NCBI GenBank assembly: GCA_951406725.2
Contig: OX597833.1
Span: 61,752,001 to 61,816,000, forward strand
Source of the DNA: Octopus vulgaris
Taxonomy: Eukaryota
DNA: 64,000 nt
Direction of reading: 5' to 3'
The position numbers and the translations under genes are program-made. The notes under the pieces are model-generated. The model was given only the letters and a program-made list of their open reading frames with translations. It ran no database searches and was not told the DNA's origin. Every line of letters begins with the position of its first letter. Within the stretch, counting starts at the first letter, position 1. Shown here one piece after another: positions 1-12,139 of this stretch.

Positions 1-353
1 TACATGCATGCATAGATACATACATACATACATACATACATACATACACACATACACACACACATGCATACATACATACATACATACATATATACATACA
101 TACATAATACATACTACATACATACACACATACATACATACATACACACATACATACATACCTACATTCATACAGGCATATGTACATACATACACACATA
201 CATACAAAACATACATACATACATACACACATACACATACACACACACATACATACATACATACATACATACACACACATACATACATACATACATACAT
301 ACATACATACATACATACATACATACATACATACTTGCACACACACACACACC

Positions 354-795
354 TATAAATTAGAAAAAAACACCTTTAATCAATTCAATAATGAAAAATT
401 AAATTATACCATTTAGAAAAATTACATATTATAGAAAGATTAAATATATGATAAAACATATAACGATGATTAGGTAATTTGCAAAATAATAAATAAAGCG
501 TATAAATTTAGTAGAATAATGACACATGTTTTGTGGCTATATTTAAGAAATGATAATAGTAATAATAATAGTAAAATTAATTAATCATCGTTATATGTTT
601 TATCTTATATTTAATCTTTCTATAAGATGTAATTTTTCTAAATGGTATAATTTAATTTTTCGTTATTGAATTGATAAAAGGTGTTTTTTTTTCTAATTTA
701 TATATATATATATATATATATTATATTTTGTGAAATTTGATTTAGTATTACTAAATTGAATTTTTCCCTGTAAGTTTGGAATAATATTCCCTCAT
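354..795. repeat. AT-rich fold-back (354-470 vs 582-702) plus tail homologous to 57240-57312
   Basis: Long inverted arms read directly. Tail tttttccctgtaagtttgga..tattccct is shared with 57.3 kb. Confidence 0.7.
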
Positions 796-824
796 ATCAT
801 TATTATTATTATTATTATTATTAC

Positions 825-1200
825 CCCAACCGCAGAACGGGGCGCCACTGCATGGTGCCAAAGATTCCAACATCACCATCAAAATACAGGTCCAGATACT
901 GCAACAGCTTGGGTTTCAGAGGACTACAGCTCTTCAACATCTTCCCTAAATGCCTGAGAGACTTGCATGGTGTGGATGTGGGTTTCTTTAAAACTAAACT
1001 AGATCTCTTCTTGTCAGGGGTCCCAGATGAACCTACCTCATGACAGGAGACACAGATGCGGGCAGCGGCATCGAACTCCCTTGATGATCAAGTGCCATGT
1101 ATCAGAGGTGGTTTCACATACTAGTGTAGCTCATTCAACGGTGGTGCCCCAGCATGGCCGCGGCCTTTGGTCTAAAACATTTTTAAGGATTTAAGGATTT
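825..1200 (+). mobile_element. 3' end of a CR1-group (CR1/L2/Crack-like) LINE
   Basis: NSLGFRGLQLFNIFPKCLRD..FKTKLDLFLSGVPDEP C-terminal motif. 3' tail ggtgccccagcatggccgcggcc..aaacatttttaaggatttaagga, also at 35603-35650 and inverted at 44037-44092. Confidence 0.75.
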
Positions 1201-1278
1201 ATATATATATATATATATATATAAATAATGGAGAAATTGTACAAAATGTATAAACAGATGATGATTTAAGCACTGGCA

Positions 1279-1640
1279 CAGTTTCGATTACCTGTTGTTA
1301 TCCATAGATTTACTGCTGGGACTTCGCAGTGGTGGTTGGGGTAACAGTATTAATAAAATAGTAGATGGAATGTGTGAAAGACTTTATTGGGTACAACTCA
1401 TGTTTCGACCCATTCTGGGTCTCTTCAGGTGCATCAATAAAAAGTCATACTAGAGATTTCTTGAGTCAGCTTACGTATTTATTGATGTACCTGAAGAGAC
1501 CCAGAATGGGTCGAAACATGTGTTGTACCCAATAAAGTCTATTACACATTCCATCTACTATTTTATTAATACAGTTACCCCAATCACTTCTGCGAAGTCC
1601 CAGCAGTAAATCTACGGATAACAACAGGGAATCGAAACTG
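1279..1640. mobile_element. Fold-back PLE pseudo-LTR relic (about 160-bp inverted arms)
   Basis: 1279-1441 is the reverse complement of 1478-1640, with a hammerhead in each arm. Flanked by (TA)n and (CA)n. Confidence 0.8.
1487..1528 (+). ncRNA. Minimal type I hammerhead ribozyme (mirror copy 1391-1432 on - strand)
   Basis: GTAC-CTGAAGA-GACCCA gaa TGGGTC-GAAA-CATGTG-TT-GTAC. Confidence 0.75.
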
Positions 1641-1878
1641 TACTGGAGTTGATCATGAGCTGAATAGCCTAACCACTAAGCCACATTCCTTTACCCCCCC
1701 ACACACACACACATACACACACACACACCCCACACACATATGTATGCATATATATACATACACAGTCATATACATACATATATATATATATTTACATGTG
1801 TGTGTGTGTGTTTGAGTGTGTGTGTATGTACATATATATATATATATATGTTTTTATATATATATGTGTGTGTGTGTG

Positions 1879-1942
<64 letters not shown>

Positions 1943-2399
1943 TATATATCATACACGCACACATACACACATGTATCGTCGCCACTGCTGTCAGCCATCT
2001 TTATTACTACCACCACACCGCACCACACCACATTTCCACTACCCCTGCTCCACCACCACTACCCCACTACCTCTACCCCACCCCACACCCACTATCATCA
2101 ACATCACTACTTTATCTGGCACTACCATCAGCGCCACTACATCTTCCACTTAACACCACCCCCCCACATTTTAAAACAAAGCTTCTGTTGTTGCTGCTAT
2201 TATTATTGTTGTTGTTGTTATTATTATTATCGTTATTATTATTATTATTTTTATTATTATTATTATTGTTATTATTATTATCGTTATTATTATTATTATT
2301 ATTATCATTATTATTATCATTATCATTATTATTATTATTTTTATTATTATAGTTATTGTTGTTGTTCTTCTTCTTATTATTATTATCATTATCATTATT

Positions 2400-2431
<32 letters not shown>

Positions 2432-2541
2432 AGTTATTGTTGTTGTTGTTGTTCTTCTTCTTCTTCTTCTTCTTCTTGTTATTATTATTATTATTTATTA
2501 TTATTATTATTATTATTATTTATTATTATTATTATTATTAC

Positions 2542-2578
<37 letters not shown>

Positions 2579-2631
2579 GTTATTGTTATTGTTCTTCTTA
2601 TTATTATTATCATTTTATTATTATTATCATT

Positions 2632-2669
<38 letters not shown>

Positions 2670-3244
2670 TATTATTATCAGTTCTCCATCTAAAGAAACC
2701 AGGTTACCTACTTATCCAATCTGGTCTGTATTTACATTGAAATTTCTCAGACTGCATTCTACCACTTATCTGCCAACAGAGTGTTGGGTCCTTAACACCA
2801 CCTACCCCTTAATTAGAATGTTTTTGCAACCAGATTGTTCTCAATGTTAGGGTGGAGTTTCTTATTCTTGCATTTCCCCTTCTACTGCCATCTCCTCCAC
2901 CTTCTGCCTTAGATTTGGTTATTCTGTCTTATCTGCCACCACCACCACCTCCACCACCACTAAAACTTCCACCACCACTACCACCAGAAGAAGAAGAAGA
3001 GATGTCTCAGGCAGACACCAGCATGTTAGATATATCTCCCTAATTGCTTTACAAGATGCTGTTCTTATTGTATGAAGGAGATGCGAGATAAATATCTCCC
3101 TGGATAGGACATTTTTTTTTATTGGGTGTAGCTCTTGTCTTTGTTATTACTGCATTTGGCTTCTCAAGCCATCATTAAATTTACAGTGCTACCACTGACT
3201 ACAACTAGGAATTTATCATACTGTGTATTATATATATATGTATG

Positions 3245-3315
<71 letters not shown>

Positions 3316-3317
<2 letters not shown>

Positions 3318-3490
3318 TAAATAATTAGGGTTCAGCAAAGATTTTCTTTACCACATGTGGTAAAGCAAATCTTTGCTGAACCTAATTATTTAGTATTACT
3401 TAAGTTTACCATGAAATGGTACTTTTTTCATGCCGAATTCTGCATGGTGAAATTATTGATTACTTCTTAATTAATTAATTTTACCCTTTG
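3316..3490. repeat. Near-perfect 80-bp palindrome (centre CCACATGTGG) plus tail between (TA)n tracts
   Basis: 3316-3355 mirrors 3356-3394. Confidence 0.75.
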
Positions 3491-3491
3491 T

Positions 3492-3531
<40 letters not shown>

Positions 3532-3534
<3 letters not shown>

Positions 3535-3927
3535 CGCAGGAGTGGCTGTGTGGTAACTTGCTTACCAACCACATGGTTCCGGGTTCAGTCCCACTGTGTA
3601 GCACCTTGGGCAAGTGTCTTCTACTATAGCCTCGGGCTGACCAAAACCTTGTGAGTGGATTTGGTAGACGGAAACTGAAAGAAGCCTGTCGTATATATGT
3701 ATATATATATATGTGTGTGTGTGTTTGCTGTCTGTGTATGTCTCCCCAACATCGCTTGACAACTGATGCTGGTGTGGTTACGTCCCCCGTAACTTAGCGG
3801 TTCAGCAAAAGACACGGATAGAATAAGTACTAGGCTTTCAAAGAATAAGTCCTGGGGTTCCATTTGCTCAACTAAAGGCAGTGCTCCAGCATGGCCACAG
3901 TCAAATGACTGAAACAAGTAAAAGAGT
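3532..3927 (+). mobile_element. tRNA-derived SINE family A (about 20 copies or fragments, e.g. 4270-4690 -, 16235-16730 -, 37950-38410 -, 48585-48960 +, 49230-49650 -, 58840-59215 -, 63650-64000 -)
   Basis: A/B-box-like head tggctgtgtggtaa..ggttcagtccc, CORE-like accttgggcaagtg, internal (TA)(TG) tract, tail ccagcatggcc.cagtcaaatgactgaaacaagtaaaagag. Confidence 0.85.
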
Positions 3928-4222
3928 ATATAAAAATCTATATACACATAATGATTCATAAATATAGATATATAAAAGTGTAAGTCCATAAATGTACTTG
4001 TGATGTCCGAGTGAAGAGGGTGATGAAGTGGATGCAAAATGATTCATAAGGTGTCTGAAACATGTATAAAGTCATCATTCAGATTTCACAAGTACATTTA
4101 TGGACTTGCACTTTTTTATATATTTATATTTATGAATTTTTATGCGTTTATAGATTTTTATATACTCTTTACTCTTTTACTTGTTTCAGTCATGATATAT
4201 AAAATGTGGGAGCATGTATATA

Positions 4223-4267
<45 letters not shown>

Positions 4268-4486
4268 TCTCTTTTAGTCTTTTACTTGTTTCAGTCATTT
4301 GACTGCGGCCATGCTGGAGCACCACCTTTAGTTGAGCAAATCGACCCTCAGGACTTATTCTTTGTAAGCCTAGTACTTATTCTATCGGTCTCTTCTGCCG
4401 AACTGCTAAGTTACGGGGATGTAAACACACCACCACTAGTTGTCAAGTGATGTTGCGGGAACAAATTCAGACACACAAACATACAC

Positions 4487-4521
<35 letters not shown>

Positions 4522-4888
4522 CATATATACGACGGGCTTCTTTCAGTTTCTGTCTACTAAATCAACCCACAAGGCTTTAGTCGGCACAAGGCTATAGTAG
4601 AAGACACTTACCCAAGTTGCCACACAGTGGGACTGAACCTGGAACCATGTAGTTCGTAAGCAGGCTAATAACCACACAGCCACTCCATTGTAAATGTAAA
4701 ATAACGAAGACTGTTATATGCTATATAAAACGAAAAAGGAAAAAAATTCAGTTGTCACTAATTATAACTGACAGTACAGGGTAGTACCAAGCTTGCTAGA
4801 AATAAGAGCTAAAAGCCCTTACAGCCACAAAGAAGCACATGTCTATGTACTGACAGGGGAGATAACCACCCCACAGCAGGTGAGATTG

Positions 4889-5075
4889 TCATACTAGTCT
4901 AGTTTCACTTAAAATTAAAGCTCATCAGTGGTGACTGCTCCATCTCTGGATGGTTTGGCTAAAATGCAACTGTCAGTATATATAGTAATCACATTCATAT
5001 ATACTGGTGGTTGGGTTTAAGCCAGATAATCTACTGATGAGCTTTAATTTTAAGCGAAATTAGGCTAATTATTGT
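4889..5075. ncRNA. Inverted pair of hammerhead motifs (- 4889-4930; + 5032-5072)
   Basis: CTGATGA-GCTT taatttt AAGC/T-GAAA-(C/T)TAG n CTA(G/A)-T(A/T) in both arms. Stem I is weak. Confidence 0.65.
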
Positions 5076-5157
5076 GATTGTATCAAGTTATACTTACAAA
5101 AGCTTTTAAATATATATTTTTCACATCTAAAACGGTTCTTTACATTCTTTCTTTCAG

Positions 5158-5217
5158 ATTGGCGATGGAGAATATATGGCAGTTTTCCACCAAATAATTT
5201 TACCATTGGCTTATCAG
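5158..5217 (+). CDS. HDAC10: HDAC10-like (class IIb HDAC) internal exon, IGDGEYMAVFHQIILPLAYQ
   Basis: ctttcAG acceptor, GTcagt donor, 60 nt phase 0/0. Matches the class II HDAC segment GD.(D/E)Y.A.F..I.LP.AY. Confidence 0.85.
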
Positions 5218-5275
5218 GTCAGTAACAATATAATTATTATTATCATTATTATTATTATTATTATTATTATTGTTA

Positions 5276-5310
<35 letters not shown>

Positions 5311-5539
5311 GTGGTGAGCTGGCAAAATTGTTAGCACACCAGGTAAAATGCTTAGCAGTATTGTACCTGGCCTTGCATTCTGTGTTGAAATTTCTCTGAG
5401 GTCGACTTTGCTTTCATCCTTTTGGTGTTGATAAATTAAGTACCAGTAAAACGCTGGTGTTGATGTAATCAACTAGCCTTCTCCCACAAAAACTTCAGGC
5501 CTTGTGTCTTCAGTAAAATGGATTATTATCATCATATCG

Positions 5540-5604
<65 letters not shown>

Positions 5605-6170
5605 TTGATTATTGAGTGAGAGAGCAGTGCATGCTATCAAAGTGACACTGGGATAAAATATACGAAGTCCAGTATACCCATCATGACTACCTGTCTGATA
5701 AGGGTACACTAGGCACATGCAGCACGACCATATGTTGCCAACTTGGTGATCTCATATCAAGATAAACAGCACATGACCTTGCAGGTGGGGCCCAGTTAGA
5801 ATTTTCTTCAGGTTGAGTAGCCCATCCCGCTCAAAAGTCCCTGAATAAGAATTGTTTAAGGGTGTTGAAAGAACCACCCATGTTTCCAAAGGTGAATTAT
5901 CCAAACCTCAAAGAATCCCTCTTAACACATGGCTATGATGCTCCCCCACTACTTATGCTTGTGATCAGAGATGCACATATCGTCAGCCACTAAGGGACAT
6001 GCTCAACTGGTTAAGGTCAAACAACTGACAAGCAAATCTGTGGTATTGAGCAGAATATTTGCTGTAGCCCATCTTTTATACCAAGACAAAACAATGTACA
6101 TGATAACACTTTGAACCAGTTAAGATCAGAAGCCATGAGAGCCACTGCCTGGTACTGCATCAAGGCATTT
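5605..6170 (-). mobile_element. (TAA)n-associated interspersed repeat (partial copy split at 10215-10256 and 10555-10632)
   Basis: Homologous gagtgagagagcagtgca..catcaaagtgacactggg..gataagggtacac segments, flanked by (ATT)n. Confidence 0.55.
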
Positions 6171-6199
6171 ATTATTATTATTAGTATTAGTTATAGTAT

Positions 6200-6243
<44 letters not shown>

Positions 6244-6292
6244 TTGTTGTTGTTGTTGTTATTATTAATTAATATTATCATCATCATCATCA

Positions 6293-6326
<34 letters not shown>

Positions 6327-6442
6327 GTTTCTTAAACTGATGTCTGCTGTCTCTGAATGTAATCATGATTCTCTAGCTTTATTTGCAATCATCTAATTTT
6401 CATTGCAACCCACTAAACTCGTCTCTTTTTCTTTCCTTTCAG

Positions 6443-6493
6443 TTTGGTCCTCAACTAGTTGTGCTGTCTGCCAAACTAAGTTCCCAGAAACTG
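6443..6493 (+). CDS. HDAC10: HDAC10-like exon, FGPQLVVLSAKLSSQKL
   Basis: Polypyrimidine-AG acceptor, GTaaat donor, 51 nt phase 0/0. F.P.LV..SA motif, but the catalytic SAGFD is replaced by SAKLS. Confidence 0.8.
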
Positions 6494-6671
6494 GTAAATA
6501 ATCATAATTCAACTGATATGCGCTTTCTTCTTTAAATTTTAACCCTTTCAATATCAATCAGCTTTTAGTGTAATCTTCCCCTTCCATTTCCATTCTACCG
6601 CTTCTCCTACCCACTCCCTATCAGCCTTTCTCAGCACATGACCCAACCAACTTAACCCATTTCTTTCTATT

Positions 6672-6950
6672 GTGGAAGCACATGGCCTAGTGGTTAGAGC
6701 AGCGGACTCGCGGTCGAGAGATCACGGGTTCGAATCTCAGACAGGGCGATGTGTGTGTTTATGGGTGAAACACCTAAGCTCCACGCGGCTCCGGCAGAAG
6801 GTAATGGCGAACTTCTACTGACTCTTTCGCCACAACTTCCTCTCACTCTTTCCTCCTGCGACGGACCAGCGTCCCATCCAGGTGGGGAACCTATATGCCA
6901 AGGGAACCGGAAAACCGGCCCTTATGGGCCAGGCATGGCTCGAGAAGGAA
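6672..6950 (+). mobile_element. tRNA(Arg)-like-headed SINE family D with TSD (also 38455-38740, 60972-61275, 40385-40766 -, 10257-10555 -)
   Basis: tggcctagtggttagagcagcggactcgcggtc..ggttcgaatc head; TSD catttctttctat. Confidence 0.8.
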
Positions 6951-7265
6951 CATTTCTTTCTATGATATCCATCTCTAGCCCTGTCACTATCTGGTGTAAT
7001 CTTGTGGCCATGTATAAATGAAAGTGAACATGATCAAAACATTTTCTACTGGTACTACAGATAAATAGTTCTTTTACAAACTGGTTTCACAGCAAAACTA
7101 AATACATATGTTTAGGGAGTCCATATACTTATTTATTTACATCTCTTGCTTGAATGATTATCATGCTCATCATGGGGTCCTTTTGAGGCAGTATCTTACA
7201 TTTGGATGCTCTTTCTCATGTCAAGCTTTTCGGTTGCTTCTTATGACACTTTCATTTATAGGCTA

Positions 7266-7572
7266 CTAGCAGTATCGCCTGGCGTTGCTCGGGTTTGTAA
7301 GGGAAATAACTATATAAGCATTTTTAGAGAGTTACTTCCCTTATATAACCCGAGCAAAAATCATTAAAAAGGCAGAAAAATGATGGTAATTTTTTTATTA
7401 AATCGTAGACTCATCGTAGACGCGTGCTAATACCCAGAAGGGCTTGATATGAATGACGACTATAAGATACCCGCTTTTGGTTAAACTGCACCGCAAAATG
7501 TGGGAGTAGTTAGGAATCTAAATCGGAGGAGACAGAGTCTCACACACACAACTTCAATTTTATATATAAAGA
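7266..7572 (-). mobile_element. Non-autonomous Helitron
   Basis: On - strand: 5' TC start, 3' hairpin cccgagcaacgccagg plus CTAG end, inserted between A and T. Confidence 0.75.
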
Positions 7573-7946
7573 TGTGATGCATGTTGCATGGTTGGAGAAA
7601 GTTAGAGAGGAATGAAAGGTCATGTCATTTGCATGTGGTCACTTTTTTGATGTCATTGTTGTCCATGTCATTTAGATTCTTTACTAATTATTGCTGCTGA
7701 TTACTCAATCCTGCACCGTTATGTAAATGAGTTGTGTCAGTATTCAATAAATAACTTACTGCCACCGTATCACAGTTTGCAAGGAAAAGAGAAAGGAGAA
7801 CATTGATGATTTGTTAAATAACAACCCTGATGGAATATATCCTGCTCCTCCTCCTCATCATCAAATGTCCATCTTCCATGCTTAGACAAGATTGATGGCT
7901 GGCATAAATTTTTATATATATACGTATATATATATATATATATATA

Positions 7947-8132
7947 GGGAGAGTTTACGAGAAAAACAAAAGACGAAGACAGGTGGTGTAGAAAACAAAC
8001 AGATGTATTAGTATAACGCTCAGGAATAGAAAAAGTATTTTACGTTTCGAGCCTATGCTCTTCTACAGAAAGGGACACAGAAAGAAACAAGGAGAGAAAA
8101 AAATGTGTGTAGTGGCTAACAATCTATTATGG

Positions 8133-8135
<3 letters not shown>
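7947..8135 (-). mobile_element. (TA)n-embedded solo pseudo-LTR family with CUGUAGA hammerhead-like motif (other copies 29699-29875, 56332-56482)
   Basis: Three about 150-190-bp homologous copies, each abutting (TA)n. Motif CTTT-CTGTAGA-A-GAGC rtag GCTY-GAAACGTA-AAAG (AAAT in this copy). Confidence 0.75.
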
Positions 8136-8177
<42 letters not shown>

Positions 8178-8247
8178 GGAGAGATAGATTTATGTATGTA
8201 TACATTTTTAAGTAACTCTATATAATCTCGAATTTCTCTTTCTTTAG

Positions 8248-8331
8248 CTCCCACTCACTTCTACTGGACTTAGTCATCTTGTTCATCTGTTGAAGGTTTT
8301 AGCAGCAGGAAAACTGATCCTTTTTGTCGAG
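8248..8331 (+). CDS. HDAC10: HDAC10-like exon, LPLTSTGLSHLVHLLKVLAAGKLILFVE
   Basis: tctttAG acceptor, GTaaga donor, 84 nt. Matches the HDAC6/10 pattern ..HL.HLL..LA.GKL.L.LE. Confidence 0.85.
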
Positions 8332-8514
8332 GTAAGATCATTATCATTGTTATTATTATTTTTGTTGTTGTTATCGACTTCCCTCTCCCTTAAAAAAACT
8401 GGTGGCCCTGAGCCAAAGCTTGAAACCATTGTTATTTCTTCTTCTCCTCTTACTCCTTTTTTACTGTCAACTTTATTGTCTCCTTATATATATTTATGCA
8501 TATATCATATCGAT

Positions 8515-9290
8515 ATATGTATGTATGTACGTATGTATACATGTATGTATGTATACATGTATGTATGTATGTATGTATACATGTATGTATGTATGTATAC
8601 ATGTATGTATATATGTATGTATACATGTATGTATATATGTATGTATACATGTATGTATACATGTATGTATGTATATATGTATGTATGCATGTATGTATAT
8701 ATGTATGTATACATGTATGTATGTATATATGTATGTATGCATGTATGTATATATGTATGTATACATGTATGTATATATGTATGTATATATGTGTGTATAT
8801 ATATATGTATACATGTATGTATATATGTATGTATACATGTATGTATGTATATATGTATGTATGCATGTATGTATATATGTATGTATACATGTATGTATGT
8901 ATATATGTATGTATGCATGTATGTATATATGTATGTATGCATGTATGTATATATGTATGTATATATGTATGTATACATGTATGTATACATGTATGTATGT
9001 ATATATGTATGTATGCATGTATGTATATATGTATGTATACATGTATGTATGTATATATGTATGTATGCATGTATGTATATATGTATGTATACATGTATGT
9101 ATATATGTATGTATATATGTGTGTATATATATATGTATACATGTATGTATATATGTATGTATACATGTATGTATGTATGTATGTATACATGTATGTATGT
9201 ATATATGTATGTATACATGTATGTATGTATATATGTATGTATACATGTATGTATGTATGTATATATGTATGTATGTATGTATGTATCTAT
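8515..9290. repeat. Long (ATGT)n-derived compound microsatellite (similar tracts at 1-350, 35355-36385, 44185-44400)
   Basis: Read directly; source of the long MYVC/HTYI pseudo-ORFs. Confidence 0.95.
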
Positions 9291-9541
9291 CTGTGTCTAT
9301 CTATTTCTTTGTCTGTGTGTCTGTCTTTGTGTTTATCTATCTATTTCTCTCTCTATATATATATGTACTCACACACACATACATATGTATATACATAAAT
9401 ATATACATATACATACAAACATACATACACACACATACACACACACATACACAGACACATATACACATACACTTACACAAATATGTGTGTGTATATATCA
9501 TAGGCTGATATATATATTTCTTCATTTCTATTTATTAAAAG

Positions 9542-9648
9542 GATGGTCAGTGTTTGACCAAGGAATGGGACCAAAATCTCGAAGCCTGTACTTTGGCACT
9601 TCTGGGAGACAAGCTGAAACCCCTAAAACTTCATGAAGTAAATAGCAG
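9542..9648 (+). CDS. HDAC10: HDAC10-like exon, DGQCLTKEWDQNLEACTLALLGDKLKPLKLHEVNS(R)
   Basis: AG acceptor, GTAAGT donor, phase 0/2. ACT.ALLGD motif typical of HDAC6/10; GGY replaced by DGQ. Confidence 0.85.
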
Positions 9649-10686
9649 GTAAGTGTTTGTCTGTATGTCATTGAGTTCATACTGTCTTGTTTAACTCTAG
9701 GTCTGCTCTGATCCAGTCCCATGTCATTGTGCTACTGTTGATCCATTAAGGTTGCTTGCCTTCATTGATTTTAATGTTAGAGACACGCATAAGGCAGTGA
9801 GCCGGCAGAGCTGTTAACATACCAGGCAAAATGCTTGGCAGCATTTCATCTATCTTTATATTCTGCATTCAAATGCCATCATGGTCCACTTTACCTTTCA
9901 TCCTTTCAGGGTTGATAAAATAAGTACCACTTGAGCACTGGGGTCAATGGAATCACCTAGCCCCACCTCCCCCGAAATTTCAAGCATTATGCCTATAGTA
10001 CGAAGGATTCATCATGATAGTCATCATCATCGTTTAACGTCCGCTTTCCATGCTAGCATGGGTTGGATGATTTTGACTGAGGACTGGCGAACCAGATGGC
10101 TGCACCAGGCTCCAATCTTGATTTGGCAGAGATTCTACAGCTGGATGCCCTTCCTAACGCCAACCACTCCGAGAGTGTAGTGGGTGCTTTTTACGTGCCA
10201 CTGTAATTATGATTATAATTGAGTGAAAGAGCAATGCACACCATCAAAGTGACACTTGCTTGCTTGTTCCTTCTTGAGCCATGCCTGGCTCATAAGGGCC
10301 GGTTTCCTTGACGTATAGTTTCCCCACCTGGACAGGATGCAAGTCTGTCACAGGTGAGCTGCAAGATGCAGGAAGAAAGAGGGAGAGAAAGCTATGGCGA
10401 AAGAGTCAGCAGAAGTTTGCCATTATCTTCTGCCAGAGCCGCGTGGAGCTTAGGTGTTTCACTCATAAACACACACACATCGCCCGGTTTGAGATTCGAA
10501 CCTGCGATCTCTCGACTGTGAGTCCGCTGCTCTAACCACTATGCCATGTGCCTCCATCAAAGTGACACTGGGGTACAAATATATGAAGCCCAATATACCC
10601 ATCAGGACTACACATCTGATAAGGGTACACTAGTACCCTTATTATCATCATTATTATTATTATTATTGGTAGTAGTGGTAGTGGTG

Positions 10687-10735
<49 letters not shown>

Positions 10736-10776
10736 CAACAGCAGCAGTGTTAGTAGTAGTAGTAGTAGTAGTAGTT

Positions 10777-10807
<31 letters not shown>

Positions 10808-10878
10808 CAGCAGCAGCAGTAGTAGTAGTAGTAAACACATCAATAATTAATAAAGTATTTATATATTTCTATTTTCAG

Positions 10879-10946
10879 AACCCTTTCCGCTATCAGTTCG
10901 TTCCAGAACCAGTTCAAGGAAAGCTGGCCCTGTTTTAAATTCCAAG
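10879..10946 (+). CDS. HDAC10: HDAC10-like exon, (R)TLSAISSFQNQFKESWPCFKFQ
   Basis: ttttcAG acceptor, GTtagt donor, phase 2/1 compatible with neighbours. Terminal helix and W motif of the HDAC fold. Confidence 0.8.
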
Positions 10947-11403
10947 GTTAGTGAAAATGGAAATCTCGGATTTTAACAGTCGAAATATTAAAACACAATA
11001 AAATGTCTAACTGAAATGTGCCAAAACCGTCTACCATAATCATATTGATAGCTAGCAGGACCCGTGAATATTTCGTGGAATTAATGATAAACTTATTGGG
11101 TTGTTTCTGAAAACTTTATCCAAAAAAAGCTGGAAGCGTAGCCTGTATTGTGTCTGTATCAAAAGATAGTTGCTCATCTCTTTTACTCTTTTACTTGTTT
11201 CAGTTATTTGACTGCGGCCATGCTGGAGCACCGCCTTTAGTTGAGCAAATCGACCCCAGGACTTATTCTTTGTAAGCCTGGTACTTATTCTATCGGTGTC
11301 TTTTGCCGAACCGCTAAGTTACGGGGACGTAAACACACCGGCATCAGTTGTCAAGCGATGTTGCGGGGACAAACACAGACACACAAACGTACACGTACAC
11401 ACA

Positions 11404-11477
<74 letters not shown>

Positions 11478-11839
11478 CCTGCTCGCTTAGCCAGTGGGGT
11501 GGCATCATTTGAAGGCTAAAACAATGTGAAGCGCATTGTGACCAGTGATGTGTAGCAACATCTAATAGCCTTGTTGGTCACGATGATATATATATATATA
11601 TATATATATACAATGGGCTTCTTTCAGTTTCCGTCTACCAAATCCCCTCACTCAGCTGTAGAAACATTGCCAGATCAGACTGGAGCCTGATGCAGCCTCC
11701 TGGCTTCCCAGACCTTAGTCAAACCATCCAGCCCATGCCAACATGGAAAATGGACATTAAACGATGATGGTGGTGGTGGTGGTGGTGGTGGCTGTGGTGG
11801 TCGTGATAACAATGACAACCACAACGTTGTATAAAAATC

Positions 11840-12130
11840 GAGAATGACTCATGATAAATATTGCAATGCGTTTACATAAAAAAATTGTTACTAACAAGGA
11901 AGTAGAAAAGATCTTGACGTGCCTTGTGGGTATGCCTCATTGATAAAGTGGAGGTTGTACCTGTTTTGATTGGAGCATTAGATTCAATTGTGCAAGAAAC
12001 TATTGTTGCACCTGAAATGCTCAGGCATGAAGACAAGAGCTGTGAGTGTTCCCCAAAAAGCATGTGTTCTTTTTGAGGCAGCTCGTATTCTTGGATAAGG
12101 ACTTTTCTGTTTAAAGACCTTTTGTTAAAG
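11840..12130 (+). mobile_element. Highly decayed RLE-type LINE relic
   Basis: KVEVVPVLIGALDSIV resembles the RLE C-terminal P.V.GALG motif. Confidence 0.45.
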
Positions 12131-12139
12131 ACTGGCGGT

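Noticed and set aside
3897-3925. SINE A tail AGTC-aaat-GACT-GAAACAAGTA resembles half a hammerhead
   Set aside because: No CUGANGA box or stem I upstream. Better explained as the LINE-type 3' recognition stem-loop.
6672-6748. tRNA-like sequences at SINE heads (also 38455, 39752, 60972, 62630)
   Set aside because: The acceptor stem is not closed and each continues into a SINE body, so they are not tRNA genes.
8290-9636. 448-aa ORF and all MYVC/HTYI/poly-I/L/N/H ORFs
   Set aside because: Stop-free microsatellite translations. Only the first residues of this ORF overlap a true exon in frame.
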